Shown here piece by piece: positions 18,101 through 26,200 of a stretch of DNA of 34,363 nt (position 1 is its first letter; every line of letters begins with the position of its first letter). The position numbers and the translations under genes were made by a program. The stretch spans positions 1 through 34,363 of the forward strand of contig CANGOY010000001.1 of assembly GCA_947455585.1 (NCBI GenBank), read 5' to 3'. The notes beneath the pieces were generated by a model that had not been told where the DNA came from, ran no database searches, and worked only from the letters and a program-made list of their open reading frames with translations. This DNA is from Comamonadaceae bacterium. GTDB taxonomy: Bacteria > Pseudomonadota > Gammaproteobacteria > Burkholderiales > Burkholderiaceae_C.

Positions 18101-18664
18101 CACATTGCTGGGGAAGAACACCGGCGTGCCGCAAGCCTTGAAGATGTGGTCGCTTTGATGAACCGCGGTCGAGCTTTTGGCCACATGGTCGTCACCCGCC
18201 ACGGCCAACACGCCGCCCCACGGGGTGGTGCCCGCCATGTTGGCGTGCTTGAACACATCCGAGCAACGATCCACACCCGGGCCCTTGCCGTACCAAATGC
18301 CAAACACGCCATCAAACTTGTTGCTGCCCGGCGGTGCAAAGCCGAGTTGCTGCGTACCCCACAGCGCGGTGGCTGCCAGCTCTTCGTTCACACCCGGTTG
18401 GAAGACGATGTTTTGCGTTTCTAAATAGGGCTTGGCTTTCCACAGCGATTGGTCATACGTGCCCAGCGGCGAGCCGCGATAACCACTGATGAAGCCTGCC
18501 GTGTTTTTACCTTGCAGCGCATCGCGTTGGCGCTGCAACATGGGCAGCTTGACCAGCGCTTGCACGCCGCTCATGAAGGCGCGGCCCACGTCGAGGCTGT
18601 ATTTGTCATCCAGCGTCACAGTATCGAGTGCGCGGCGAATATGCTCGGGCAGGGGGGCGTTCAT
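15104..18664 (-). CDS. Indolepyruvate:ferredoxin oxidoreductase family protein (fused alpha/beta)
   Basis: SGYRGSPLG, NEELAATA, FCSGCPHN, TPP motif GDGT...N, Fe-S motif CEGCGDC...C, GVGGTGVIT, LMAYKDEYEVARL. Confidence 0.95.
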   Translation of the reverse strand: MNAPLPEHIRRALDTVTLDDKYSLDVGRAFMSGVQALVKLPMLQRQRDALQGKNTAGFISGYRGSPLGTYDQSLWKAKPYLETQNIVFQPGVNEELAATALWGTQQLGFAPPGSNKFDGVFGIWYGKGPGVDRCSDVFKHANMAGTTPWGGVLAVAGDDHVAKSSTAVHQSDHIFKACGTPVFFPSNVQEILDLGLHAIAMSRFSGVWSGMKTIQEIVESSSTAVIDPHRVNIVIPEFEMPAGGLHIRWPDTALEQEARLFDYKWYAALAYVRANRLNHNVIEGPNDRLGLIASGKAYNDTRQALLDLGLDDATCRRLGIRLHKVAVVWPLDAQLTREFAKGLQEILVIEEKRQVIEYQLKEELYNWRADVRPNVLGKFNDMGDDAASDSFFGGGGEWSMPNPSANTLLRANADLNPALIAKAIAQRVLKLGVDADTTAGINAQLAIISAKEAQMQTVTLKADRMPWFCSGCPHNTSTKVPEGSRAMAGIGCHFMVLWMDRDTHGFTQMGGEGVPWVGQQPFVNDPHIFANLGDGTYFHSGILAIRQSIAAGVNITYKLLYNDAVAMTGGQRVGERPEGHSVLQIAQSMKAEGAQRITVVTDEPEKYEGAGLVAGVAVFHRDELDRIQREMRDIKGCTVIIYDQTCATEKRRRRKRGTMADPATRVLINELVCEGCGDCGVQSNCMSVEPLETEFGRKRTINQSTCNKDISCVKGFCPSFVTVEGGSLKKKAKGVSRIELPALALPEPTLPDTTQAWGMVVAGVGGTGVITIGQLLGMAAHIEGKGIVTQDAAGLAQKGGSTWSHVLIANHQDDIRTTRVGVAAADLVIGCDPIVVAGKETLQRMRAGRTHVALNAHSAPTAAFVRNANWQNPGDECVATIAHAVGVDGVSAFDANRVATQVLGDSIFVNPMVLGFAWQKGWVPLGLDALMRAMELNDMAVAQNKAAFEWGRHCAAHWDEVQAVLAPAQVVQFHKPEGVDALIAKRADFLINYQSAAYANSYRAVVERVRTAEAALNKTTLTEAVARNLFKLMAYKDEYEVARLHTDKTFLQKIDGMFEGGYTLNYHLAPPLIAKTNGKGELQKQKFGPFMLTGFKVLKHFKWLRGSALDVFGYTQERRTERALIQQYRTSVDAMLGQLNAGNHALAVEIARVPEQIKGFGHVKARHLAAARLKWDALKVQWSALN

Positions 18665-18742
18665 GGCGTGCTCCTAAATCAGCGGCATTGCGATTTGAGT
18701 TTAGAGCGCAAAGTGTGGACTTGCAGGAACTTGAGCGACATG

Positions 18743-18773
18743 AAAAAAGCCCTGACCTTTCGGGCAGGGCTTT
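18743..18773 (-). terminator. Intrinsic terminator of the bor-like pair
   Basis: Minus strand reads AAAGCCCTGCCC-GAAA-GGTCAGGGCTTTTTT. Confidence 0.85.
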
Positions 18774-18790
18774 GTAGGACCAAGTCGATC

Positions 18791-19078
18791 TTAGTTTTGG
18801 CAGTACACCTTGGCGTCGTAAGGTGTGTAGATACCCGTGGTGAGGGCACCCAAAAGACCGTTCAAGAACGATGTTTGGCGCTCAACCTTGACCACCTTGT
18901 TGGCACCACCGCAAACCGCAGCAGCGTCGATGGTTTGCGTTTGGCCCAAGCCACTCACAAAGAAGGTTTGCATGTCTTCTTTGCCCAACTTGCCTGTTTG
19001 GCCGTTGATGTAGGCGGTCTGTGTTGAGCAGGCAGCCAATGTGGCCACCAAGAGGAAGGGAAGAATGATTTTTTTCAT
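18791..19078 (-). CDS. Bor/Iss-family lipoprotein, downstream copy
   Basis: Lipobox LAAC. FFVSGLGQ..IDAAAVCGGA..VVKVE.Q.SFLNGLLG..T.GIYTP..AKVYC closely follows the lambda Bor pattern. Confidence 0.92.
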   Translation of the reverse strand: MKKIILPFLLVATLAACSTQTAYINGQTGKLGKEDMQTFFVSGLGQTQTIDAAAVCGGANKVVKVERQTSFLNGLLGALTTGIYTPYDAKVYCQN

Positions 19079-19094
19079 GGTGCTGTCCTAACGA

Positions 19095-19382
19095 TTAACG
19101 GGTGCAATAAACACGAACTTGACGTGGCGAGTAAATGCCCAAAGTCAAAATCGTCAGGCCCACGTTGCCAGCGGTCATTTGTGTTTCAACACGCTGCACA
19201 TTGGCTGCAGAGCCACATACTTTGGCTGCATCAATGTCTTCGCTCTGACCGATACCGGCTACCCAGAAGGTTTGTGAGTTGTCGTGTGTGGGTGCGTTGT
19301 GCGCGTCGGGGCGCACATCAAATCGCTGAATCGCGCAGCCAGTCAGGCTGAGCACCATCGCTGCAATAGCAAGTTTTTTCAT
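19095..19382 (-). CDS. Bor/Iss-family lipoprotein, upstream copy
   Basis: Lipobox LTGC. FWVAGIGQ..IDAAKVCG.A.NV..VETQ....N..L..LTLGIYSP...RVYC. Confidence 0.9.
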   Translation of the reverse strand: MKKLAIAAMVLSLTGCAIQRFDVRPDAHNAPTHDNSQTFWVAGIGQSEDIDAAKVCGSAANVQRVETQMTAGNVGLTILTLGIYSPRQVRVYCTR

Positions 19383-19385
19383 TTT

Positions 19386-19420
19386 TAAGCACTCTAAAAG
19401 TTACGAGAGCGCTTATTTTA
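19386..19420 (-). promoter_or_regulatory. Inverted repeat plus -10-like TAAAAT upstream of the bor-like pair
   Basis: TAAGCACTCT-N10-AGAGCGCTTA at 19386-19415; TAAAAT on the minus strand at 19415-19420. Confidence 0.45.
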
Positions 19421-19439
19421 TGACCTATTAGTATTCAAA

Positions 19440-20645
19440 TTAACGGGGCCACAGTACCCACAAGCGCAACCCTTGCTTCATGCGGCCTGCAAACTCACCC
19501 GCCTCTGGCCCTGTGCCCGCAAAGTAATCAGCCCGCACTGCTCCCACGATGGCGCTGCCGGTGTCTTGCGCGAACACCAAGCGCTGCAAGTTGCCATTGG
19601 GCCCTGTGCTGGCCAACCAAACCGGTGTGCCATATGGAATGGAATCTTTGTCCACCGCGATAGAACGGCCCGAGGTGAGCGGCACGCCTTGCGCACCACG
19701 AGGCCCAAGGTCAGCATCAGCCGCGCTGCGCGCCTCTTCACGGAAGAACACATAACGCGGGTTGCTCCACAACATCTCTTGCACCAAACGCGGGTTGGTT
19801 TGTTGCGTGCTGACAATCCACGCCTTGATGCCTGGCCATGAGGCATCTTTGATCAAACCACGGTCTAGCAGCCAACGGCCCACGCTTTGGTAAGGCTGCT
19901 CGTTCGAGCCGGCAAAGGCCAAGCGCACGATACGCGTGGTGCCGTCTGGGTTGGCGATGCGCACGCGGCCCGAACCTTGGATGTGCAACACCAGGGCGTC
20001 GATGGGGTCAGCCAGCCACGCCACTTCGCGGCCTCGCAGCGCATCACGCGCTGACGGGTGGTTGTCGATGTCTTGGCGGCTGAACCATGGGCGGCCCGCA
20101 CGGCGCGCCTCGGTCAGGCCATCAGGTGGCGCATACAAAGGCACTTCAAAGCCGGGGCGCATTTGCGCAGACGCATCAAACAGGGGCTCGTAATAGCTGG
20201 TGAGCAAACCATCCGTTGCGCCGTCGAGTGACTCGATGCGGTAAGGCTGCAAGTGGCTCATCATCCACAGGCGGCGGTCATCGTCGCTGCCCAGCATGAG
20301 CTGACGCACGTCTTTGCATAGCGGAGCAAACAAGGGTCCAGGGCGTTCGCAGTTTTGCAGCCACGCGTTCCATGCATCTTGCATTTCATCGTTTTGCCAG
20401 CCCGGCACATCGTTCCACGAGACCGCCACCCAGCGGCTGCGGTAGCTTTGTTGTGGGTTGGGTGTGCCTGGTGTGCCGGCCAGACTGCCGCTGGTGCGTG
20501 GCGCATCGGCAGGTGTGCGAGCAGCTGGGTAGGGGCGGCCTTGGTCACTCACCGATGCACGACGGGTCGTGCCACAGCCGACCAACACAGCGACCAAGCT
20601 GGTGACGACCAGCGCCCGAGCCCATCGCGTCACGCTATGCATCAT
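19440..20645 (-). CDS. mltA: Membrane-bound lytic murein transglycosylase A
   Basis: Lipobox LVGC, GLLTSYYEP, LHIQGSGR, NPRYVFF, SIAVD, 3D-domain AQDTGSAI.G.VRADYF.G. Confidence 0.95.
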   Translation of the reverse strand: MMHSVTRWARALVVTSLVAVLVGCGTTRRASVSDQGRPYPAARTPADAPRTSGSLAGTPGTPNPQQSYRSRWVAVSWNDVPGWQNDEMQDAWNAWLQNCERPGPLFAPLCKDVRQLMLGSDDDRRLWMMSHLQPYRIESLDGATDGLLTSYYEPLFDASAQMRPGFEVPLYAPPDGLTEARRAGRPWFSRQDIDNHPSARDALRGREVAWLADPIDALVLHIQGSGRVRIANPDGTTRIVRLAFAGSNEQPYQSVGRWLLDRGLIKDASWPGIKAWIVSTQQTNPRLVQEMLWSNPRYVFFREEARSAADADLGPRGAQGVPLTSGRSIAVDKDSIPYGTPVWLASTGPNGNLQRLVFAQDTGSAIVGAVRADYFAGTGPEAGEFAGRMKQGLRLWVLWPR

Positions 20646-21277
20646 TCACCGCGCAGCAAGTTGGCCAACTCCACGGCTGACTTCACATTCATTTTGTCAA
20701 ACACACGGGCGCGGTGCACCTCTACTGTGCGCACGCTGATGTCGAGCTGGTCGGCAATCAGTTTGTTGGGGAAACCTTCGACCACCAAATTCATCACATC
20801 GCGTTCACGTTCGGTCAAGTCGGCCAAGTTGTGTTGCAAGTTTTGTTTGGTGCGCAAACTTTGCAAGGTGTGTGCTGAGCGGCTCAGGGCTTGTTCAATG
20901 CGGTCGACCAGCGCGTTGTCGGAAAAAGGTTTTTCACAAAAATCAAATGCGCCGCGCTTGACCGAATCCACGGCGGTGGGCACATCGGCGTGGCCTGTTA
21001 AGAAAATCACGGGCAGGACATCGAGCAATTGACGTTCAATGAGTTGCTCAAACAAAGCCAAACCACTCATGCCGGGCATGCGCACATCGAGCAACAAACA
21101 GCCGGGCTGCTTGGGCTGCCAGGCAGGGTTGCCGGTCGTCAAAAATTCAGCAAATGCATCCGCGCTCTCAAACGATTGGGTGGGCAGGCGGCGTGAACGC
21201 AGCAGCCACGCGAGGGCTTCGCGCACGCCCGCGTCGTCGTCAACAATAAATACCAGTGCGTCTTCTGTGGGTTGCAT
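20642..21277 (-). CDS. FixJ/DctR-type response regulator (REC plus LuxR HTH)
   Basis: IVDDD, LLLDVRMPGMSG, TGHADVP.AV, EKPF, LTERERDV...G.PNK.IA.QL.IS.RTVEVHRARV. Confidence 0.95.
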   Translation of the reverse strand: MQPTEDALVFIVDDDAGVREALAWLLRSRRLPTQSFESADAFAEFLTTGNPAWQPKQPGCLLLDVRMPGMSGLALFEQLIERQLLDVLPVIFLTGHADVPTAVDSVKRGAFDFCEKPFSDNALVDRIEQALSRSAHTLQSLRTKQNLQHNLADLTERERDVMNLVVEGFPNKLIADQLDISVRTVEVHRARVFDKMNVKSAVELANLLRGE

Positions 21278-21280
21278 GTG

Positions 21281-23281
21281 TCAGGCCTCAGCGCCAGATT
21301 GTGGCAGGGTGAAGCTGAACACCGTGCCGCGCGGAATATTGGGCTGGTGGCTCAAGAAGCCGCCATGCTGCTCCACCACGGTGCGACACAAGCTCAGGCC
21401 CAAGCCCATGCCTTCTTGTTTGGTGGTGAAAAACGGCGTGAAAAGTTTTTCGGCCACGCCACTGGGAATGCCTTGCCCCAAATCTGCCACCATGAATTCA
21501 AGCCAACGGCTGGTGGCGTTGGACGCGGCGGGTCGCACAGCCAAGGTCAGCACTTTGTGCGGGGTGTCGTCGGCCATGGCCTGCATGCCGTTGCGCGCGA
21601 GGTTCAACAACACTTGCTCCACCATCGTGCGGTCGCACAACACGGCAGGCAAATCATCTGAACAGTTCACCACCACACGCACGCCCAACTTGCGCGCTTG
21701 CAAGCTGACCAACGGCATCACGTCGTCCAACAATGTGCGAGGCGTGACCGCTTCACGCGCTTGGTCGCGGCGACGCACAAAGTCGTGCACGCTCTTAATC
21801 ACCTTGCCAGCGCGTTCGGCCTGCTGCCCAATGCGTTGAATGGCGCTGCTCAAGGTCTCGACCAACTGCGGGTCCTTAACGGCGGCGTCTTGCAGCAAAT
21901 TCATGCTGCCGGTGGCGTAGCTTGAAATGGCGGCGAGAGGCTGATTCAACTCGTGGCTCAACAGCGAGGCCATCTCACCCACGGTGGCCAAACGCGCGGT
22001 GGCTTGCAAGCGTTCTTGGCTGGCACGTGACACCTCTTCCACACGTCGCTGCTCGCTGATGTCCAGCACGGCACCCATCCAACCGGTTTGCTCGCCCAGC
22101 GCGTTGATGAGCGGGGCCTCAAAAATCATCACGGCAAAACGCTCACCGTTTTTACGCATGAAAACCGACTCCACGCCTTCGCGTGGCGGTGCGTTGCCCG
22201 CCAAACGCAAGGCTTGACGTTGGCCATATTCATCCACCATCTCTGGTGGCCAATACGGCGCGGGAATGCCCTTGCCAATCAAGTCTTTGGACTCAAAGCC
22301 CACCATCTCGCAAAACGCTGGGTTCACATACGTGATGCGACCTTGGTTGTCGCGCGCGCGAAGGCCTGTAACCAAAGAATCTTCCATCGCCTTGCGAAAC
22401 GCCAAGGCATCGGCCAAGTCCAGCTCGACACGCTGGCGACGGCGCATGTCGCGCGCCAACATGATGAGCACGGTCACCAACGCAATGGCCATGGCTGTGA
22501 CCAAAGCCGTCAGCACATTGGGGAACAAGTCAGGCGCACCGCGCCAACTGTCCATGCGCAGCACCATGGTGTGACCGGGCAAATCAATCAACTGTTTGGC
22601 AATGAACACACGCGAGCCGCGACGGGCGGTGCCGTGCATGGCCAAGCGTGTGCCGTCTGACTCGGTGAATGACACCTCTTGGCTGCGCGTGAGTTGCGGG
22701 CCCACCATGTTCACCAAAATCTCGTTCAAAGAATACGTGGCCACGGTGAAGCCCGTTAGTTGCCCATCGGTGATGACGGGCAAACACACGTCCATGATTT
22801 CAATGCCTAGGCCATCGGCTTGGGGCACATAGGTGCTGGTGCCATAGCCTGGGCCACTTTGGCGACGCGCCACGCCACAGGCTTGGACCACCTCGGGCTG
22901 ATTGGCGACGCGACCAAAACGGTTGAACACAGGCGCGCGAAATGGTGTGTTGATGCTGTTGAGCACGCGCAAGTCGGCATCCCGCAGTTCTATGCGCAAC
23001 CATTCGCGATGCTCGCGCAACAAGACATGGGCATCTTGCTCCCAAGGCGTGGCGCTGCGGTCGGCATATTGCAAGGCTTGCAGGCTTTGCACGTTGCGGG
23101 TGAGGGCGGTGCGAATGTCACTCACGGCATCGGCGGCATCGCGCTCAATGCGGCTTTGTACTTGACTCACCTCGTAGCGTCCCGCCAGCCACACCAAGGT
23201 GCTGAGCATGGACAAGACTAGCACCACCAGCAAGCCCCACAGCACCCAACGGCGAACTTGAAGACCCGCTGGAAACAACAT
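21281..23281 (-). CDS. Membrane PAS-domain sensor histidine kinase (DctS/FixL-like)
   Basis: Two TMs around a periplasmic domain, PAS (YVNPAF..M.G...P.PYWP), H-box GEMASLLSHELNQPL, N-box, D.G.G, FFTTK.EGMGLGLS. ATG 23281 overlaps the yhdP stop (TGATG); an alternative GTG is at 23314. Confidence 0.94.
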   Translation of the reverse strand: MLFPAGLQVRRWVLWGLLVVLVLSMLSTLVWLAGRYEVSQVQSRIERDAADAVSDIRTALTRNVQSLQALQYADRSATPWEQDAHVLLREHREWLRIELRDADLRVLNSINTPFRAPVFNRFGRVANQPEVVQACGVARRQSGPGYGTSTYVPQADGLGIEIMDVCLPVITDGQLTGFTVATYSLNEILVNMVGPQLTRSQEVSFTESDGTRLAMHGTARRGSRVFIAKQLIDLPGHTMVLRMDSWRGAPDLFPNVLTALVTAMAIALVTVLIMLARDMRRRQRVELDLADALAFRKAMEDSLVTGLRARDNQGRITYVNPAFCEMVGFESKDLIGKGIPAPYWPPEMVDEYGQRQALRLAGNAPPREGVESVFMRKNGERFAVMIFEAPLINALGEQTGWMGAVLDISEQRRVEEVSRASQERLQATARLATVGEMASLLSHELNQPLAAISSYATGSMNLLQDAAVKDPQLVETLSSAIQRIGQQAERAGKVIKSVHDFVRRRDQAREAVTPRTLLDDVMPLVSLQARKLGVRVVVNCSDDLPAVLCDRTMVEQVLLNLARNGMQAMADDTPHKVLTLAVRPAASNATSRWLEFMVADLGQGIPSGVAEKLFTPFFTTKQEGMGLGLSLCRTVVEQHGGFLSHQPNIPRGTVFSFTLPQSGAEA

Positions 23282-26200
23282 CAATCGACCTTCGTCACGC
23301 GGGGGTTGGTCCACGTGCCGTCCACAAAAAACTCACTGGTACCCGCACGCACCAACGGCTTGCTCAACATCATTTGTGCCAAGTAAGTGGTCAAGCCCAC
23401 CAAAGGGTTGATGGTCGCCACATAAAGCGATGCCGTGCCAGCGTTGATTTCAGGCACCACCACCACTTTGAGTTTTTGGGTTTCGTGGACCAAATCAGCA
23501 CGGCCTTCAATCAAAGCGCCAGCCACCACACCTTTCATTTGCAGGTTGTTGGTGGACGCCACGCCTTGCTCAATGCGCACATCACCGCGCACAAAATCGA
23601 ACGCAAAACCATCGCTGAACAAGTCACTGAAATCCAAGGTCAGGCGACGGGGCAAAGCTTGCAAATTGAGCACACCCAACAAACGCGCAGCACCCGGTTC
23701 GGTTTTAAGGAACTGCCCTTTTTCAATGGCTAAATTCATCTGGCCCGACATGCTGGCATAGTCCAAGGTGATGGGTGAACCTTGCCATGTGACTTGCCCT
23801 TCCAACCGGCCTTCGCCATGGCGAATCGCATCGGGCGTGCCTAGGCGAGTCAGCAATTCACCGCTGTCCTGTATCACCAAAGCAAAGCTCAGCTGTGTAC
23901 GACGTAAGCGCGGACCATCGGCCGCCCAACTGCCAGTCGCAGTGAAGTTGGCCTCGGGCAAAGTCAAGTTGAATTTGTTCAGTCGCCATTCGCGCACAGC
24001 ACTGACCCCTGGGCGGTTCACCGCGTTAATTTCGAGGCGGCCCATTTTTTTGCCACGCAAGGTCAAGTCATTCACCACGATGTCCAAAGAGGGAATGCTG
24101 CTGGGTTGGTCCGTCAACAAGCGCTCAACATCTGGCACTGAGCTAGGTGGGATATTCAAATACGCCAAACGCACAAACAACTGCGCGGGCACACGGTCAG
24201 TGGGCGGGCGAATCTCTGCCGAGCCATTGAGTTCGTCGGCACTGATGTTCAAGCGCCATAACTCTCCTTGGCGCGTGCCACCCACCAGCACCTTGTGAAT
24301 CACACGGTCTGACACTTTGATTTGCGCGGCTTGCAACGCGGCGAAAGAGGGCATGTAGTCTTGTGCCTCGTCGCCATTGCCCTCGCGGCCAATCGCGGGC
24401 GTGCTGCCTTTTCGTTTGAGTGGCGATGTGCCTGTCACCTGCGTCAACGCAAGGTTCCAAGCATCTAAGTCCAACGCTGGCAACTGCAAATTCAAGCTGA
24501 CCGCGGCGTCACGCATGGGTACCGCATCCACCACCGACTGCCCCACCGCAATGCCACCCCGCATCACCCGCGTTCGTGGCCCGCTGAGGTCACGCACGTA
24601 GATGACCGATACCACGCGGTCTAAGGTGACTTTGATTTGGTCTTGCAATACGCGCGCCTTGGGTTGCAACGACTCGCGGGTGAGTTGCGACTCAATGCGC
24701 AAAGGCATCACAACGGCAGCAGGCTTGTTCAATGGGGCGGGCAACGCCAGCGCCATGCCCTTGAGGTCGCTGGTGATGAGCAACTCAGGTCGGCCACGAC
24801 GCAAACCCAAGGTCGCCACATACGCTGACTTGCCCGTCGCTCGCTGCGCGAGGCGCGAGACCAAGCCCAGCTCGCGCGCTTGTCGCAGGCCGTCCGCCGT
24901 GAGGTCGCCGTGGATTTTCAACTGCAACGGCGATGGGTCATCATGGGCCACAAAGGACAAGCCGCCCTCTAACGTGGCTTCGCCACCCAACAACTGCGCT
25001 TGGACACCTTTGAGCTCAAACCCTTGCTCGCTGAACTGCAAGGTGCCGCGTGTGTGGTTAAGCACGGGTGTGCCCGGAATCACTTGCAAACTGTTGTCGG
25101 CAAAGGTCACGCTGCCTTGAACTTTTGAAGCTTGCAACTGGTCGATGGGCAAGGTCAGCGCCAATTTGAAATCGGCATCGCCACTTGCCTCACTCTTGCT
25201 TAGTACCGTGCCCGTCAAATCATTGAGCGCACTCTTGGTGACCATTGCCAGCACTTGGGCCATCGGTCCGCGCGCTTCGCCACCGACGCTCACCACCGGC
25301 TGCGCCAAATTAGGAATGCGTGCCTCGACTTTTTGCCACGTCACATCGGCGGCGCCCGCCAACTGTGTGCTGCCTTTGAATTGCAAAGCGCTGCGCTCAA
25401 ACACCAAATCCCCATTCATCTGGGTCAGTGCGGGCCATGCAGGCGCTGTGGGCACATAAGCAAATTTGCCTTGTGCGACTTGCGCTGCAATGCGGAATTC
25501 ACCCAGCTTGGGGTTCTCAAACGGCATGTCGCGCAAGTTGCCACGCAAGCGCAGCGTCACATGGCTGGCGTCACCGGCTTGCACGGCTTCGCGCACATAG
25601 GCACGCACGCCAGCAGGCAAGGTGTTGGGCAAGTAGCGGTGCACCTGCGCCACTTTGGCGCGGCTGAGCGTGGCTGTTAAATCCAACACGCCGGGCAAGC
25701 GCGCATTGGCTTCACCTGTTTTCCAATCGCCATTGAACTCACCGGCCACGTCGTCGTTCACCACACGACCTTGGGTGAACTGCAGCGCCACGTCGTCGCC
25801 TTTGAGCTGCCACGCGATTTGTGCCGAGGCTTCTTCTAAAGCAATGTAGGGCTCGTCTAAGCCCACAGGCAACGTGACGCTTCCTTCTTGAATGCTCAGG
25901 CGTGCCTTGCCGCTTTTTTGTGTGAGGTCAAATTCAAGTTGCGCCCCTTGCAAGCCAGGCAAGTTGGCCAAGGGGCTGTCAGGCAGTGCATCGCGCTGCA
26001 TGGCCAATTGGCGCACTTGGCCTTTGGCGCTGTAGTGCAACGAAGCATCTTCATTTTTTTGCCACGTCGCTTTGAGCTGGTTGACTTGACCCTGCGGCTG
26101 CATACGCGACAGCATGGCACGCAAGGCTTCGGGCAACGGCAAGCGTTGGCTGATTTGCGCCAAAGCATCCAAATCCAAACGGTCAGCGCTCAAGGTGCCA

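Noticed and set aside
15164-18424. Long plus-strand ORFs (372, 402 and 273 aa) opposite the oxidoreductase
   Set aside because: Antisense shadows of a strongly conserved gene.
18791-19382. Prophage remnant call based on the bor genes
   Set aside because: No lysis, structural or integrase genes and no att-like repeats were seen.
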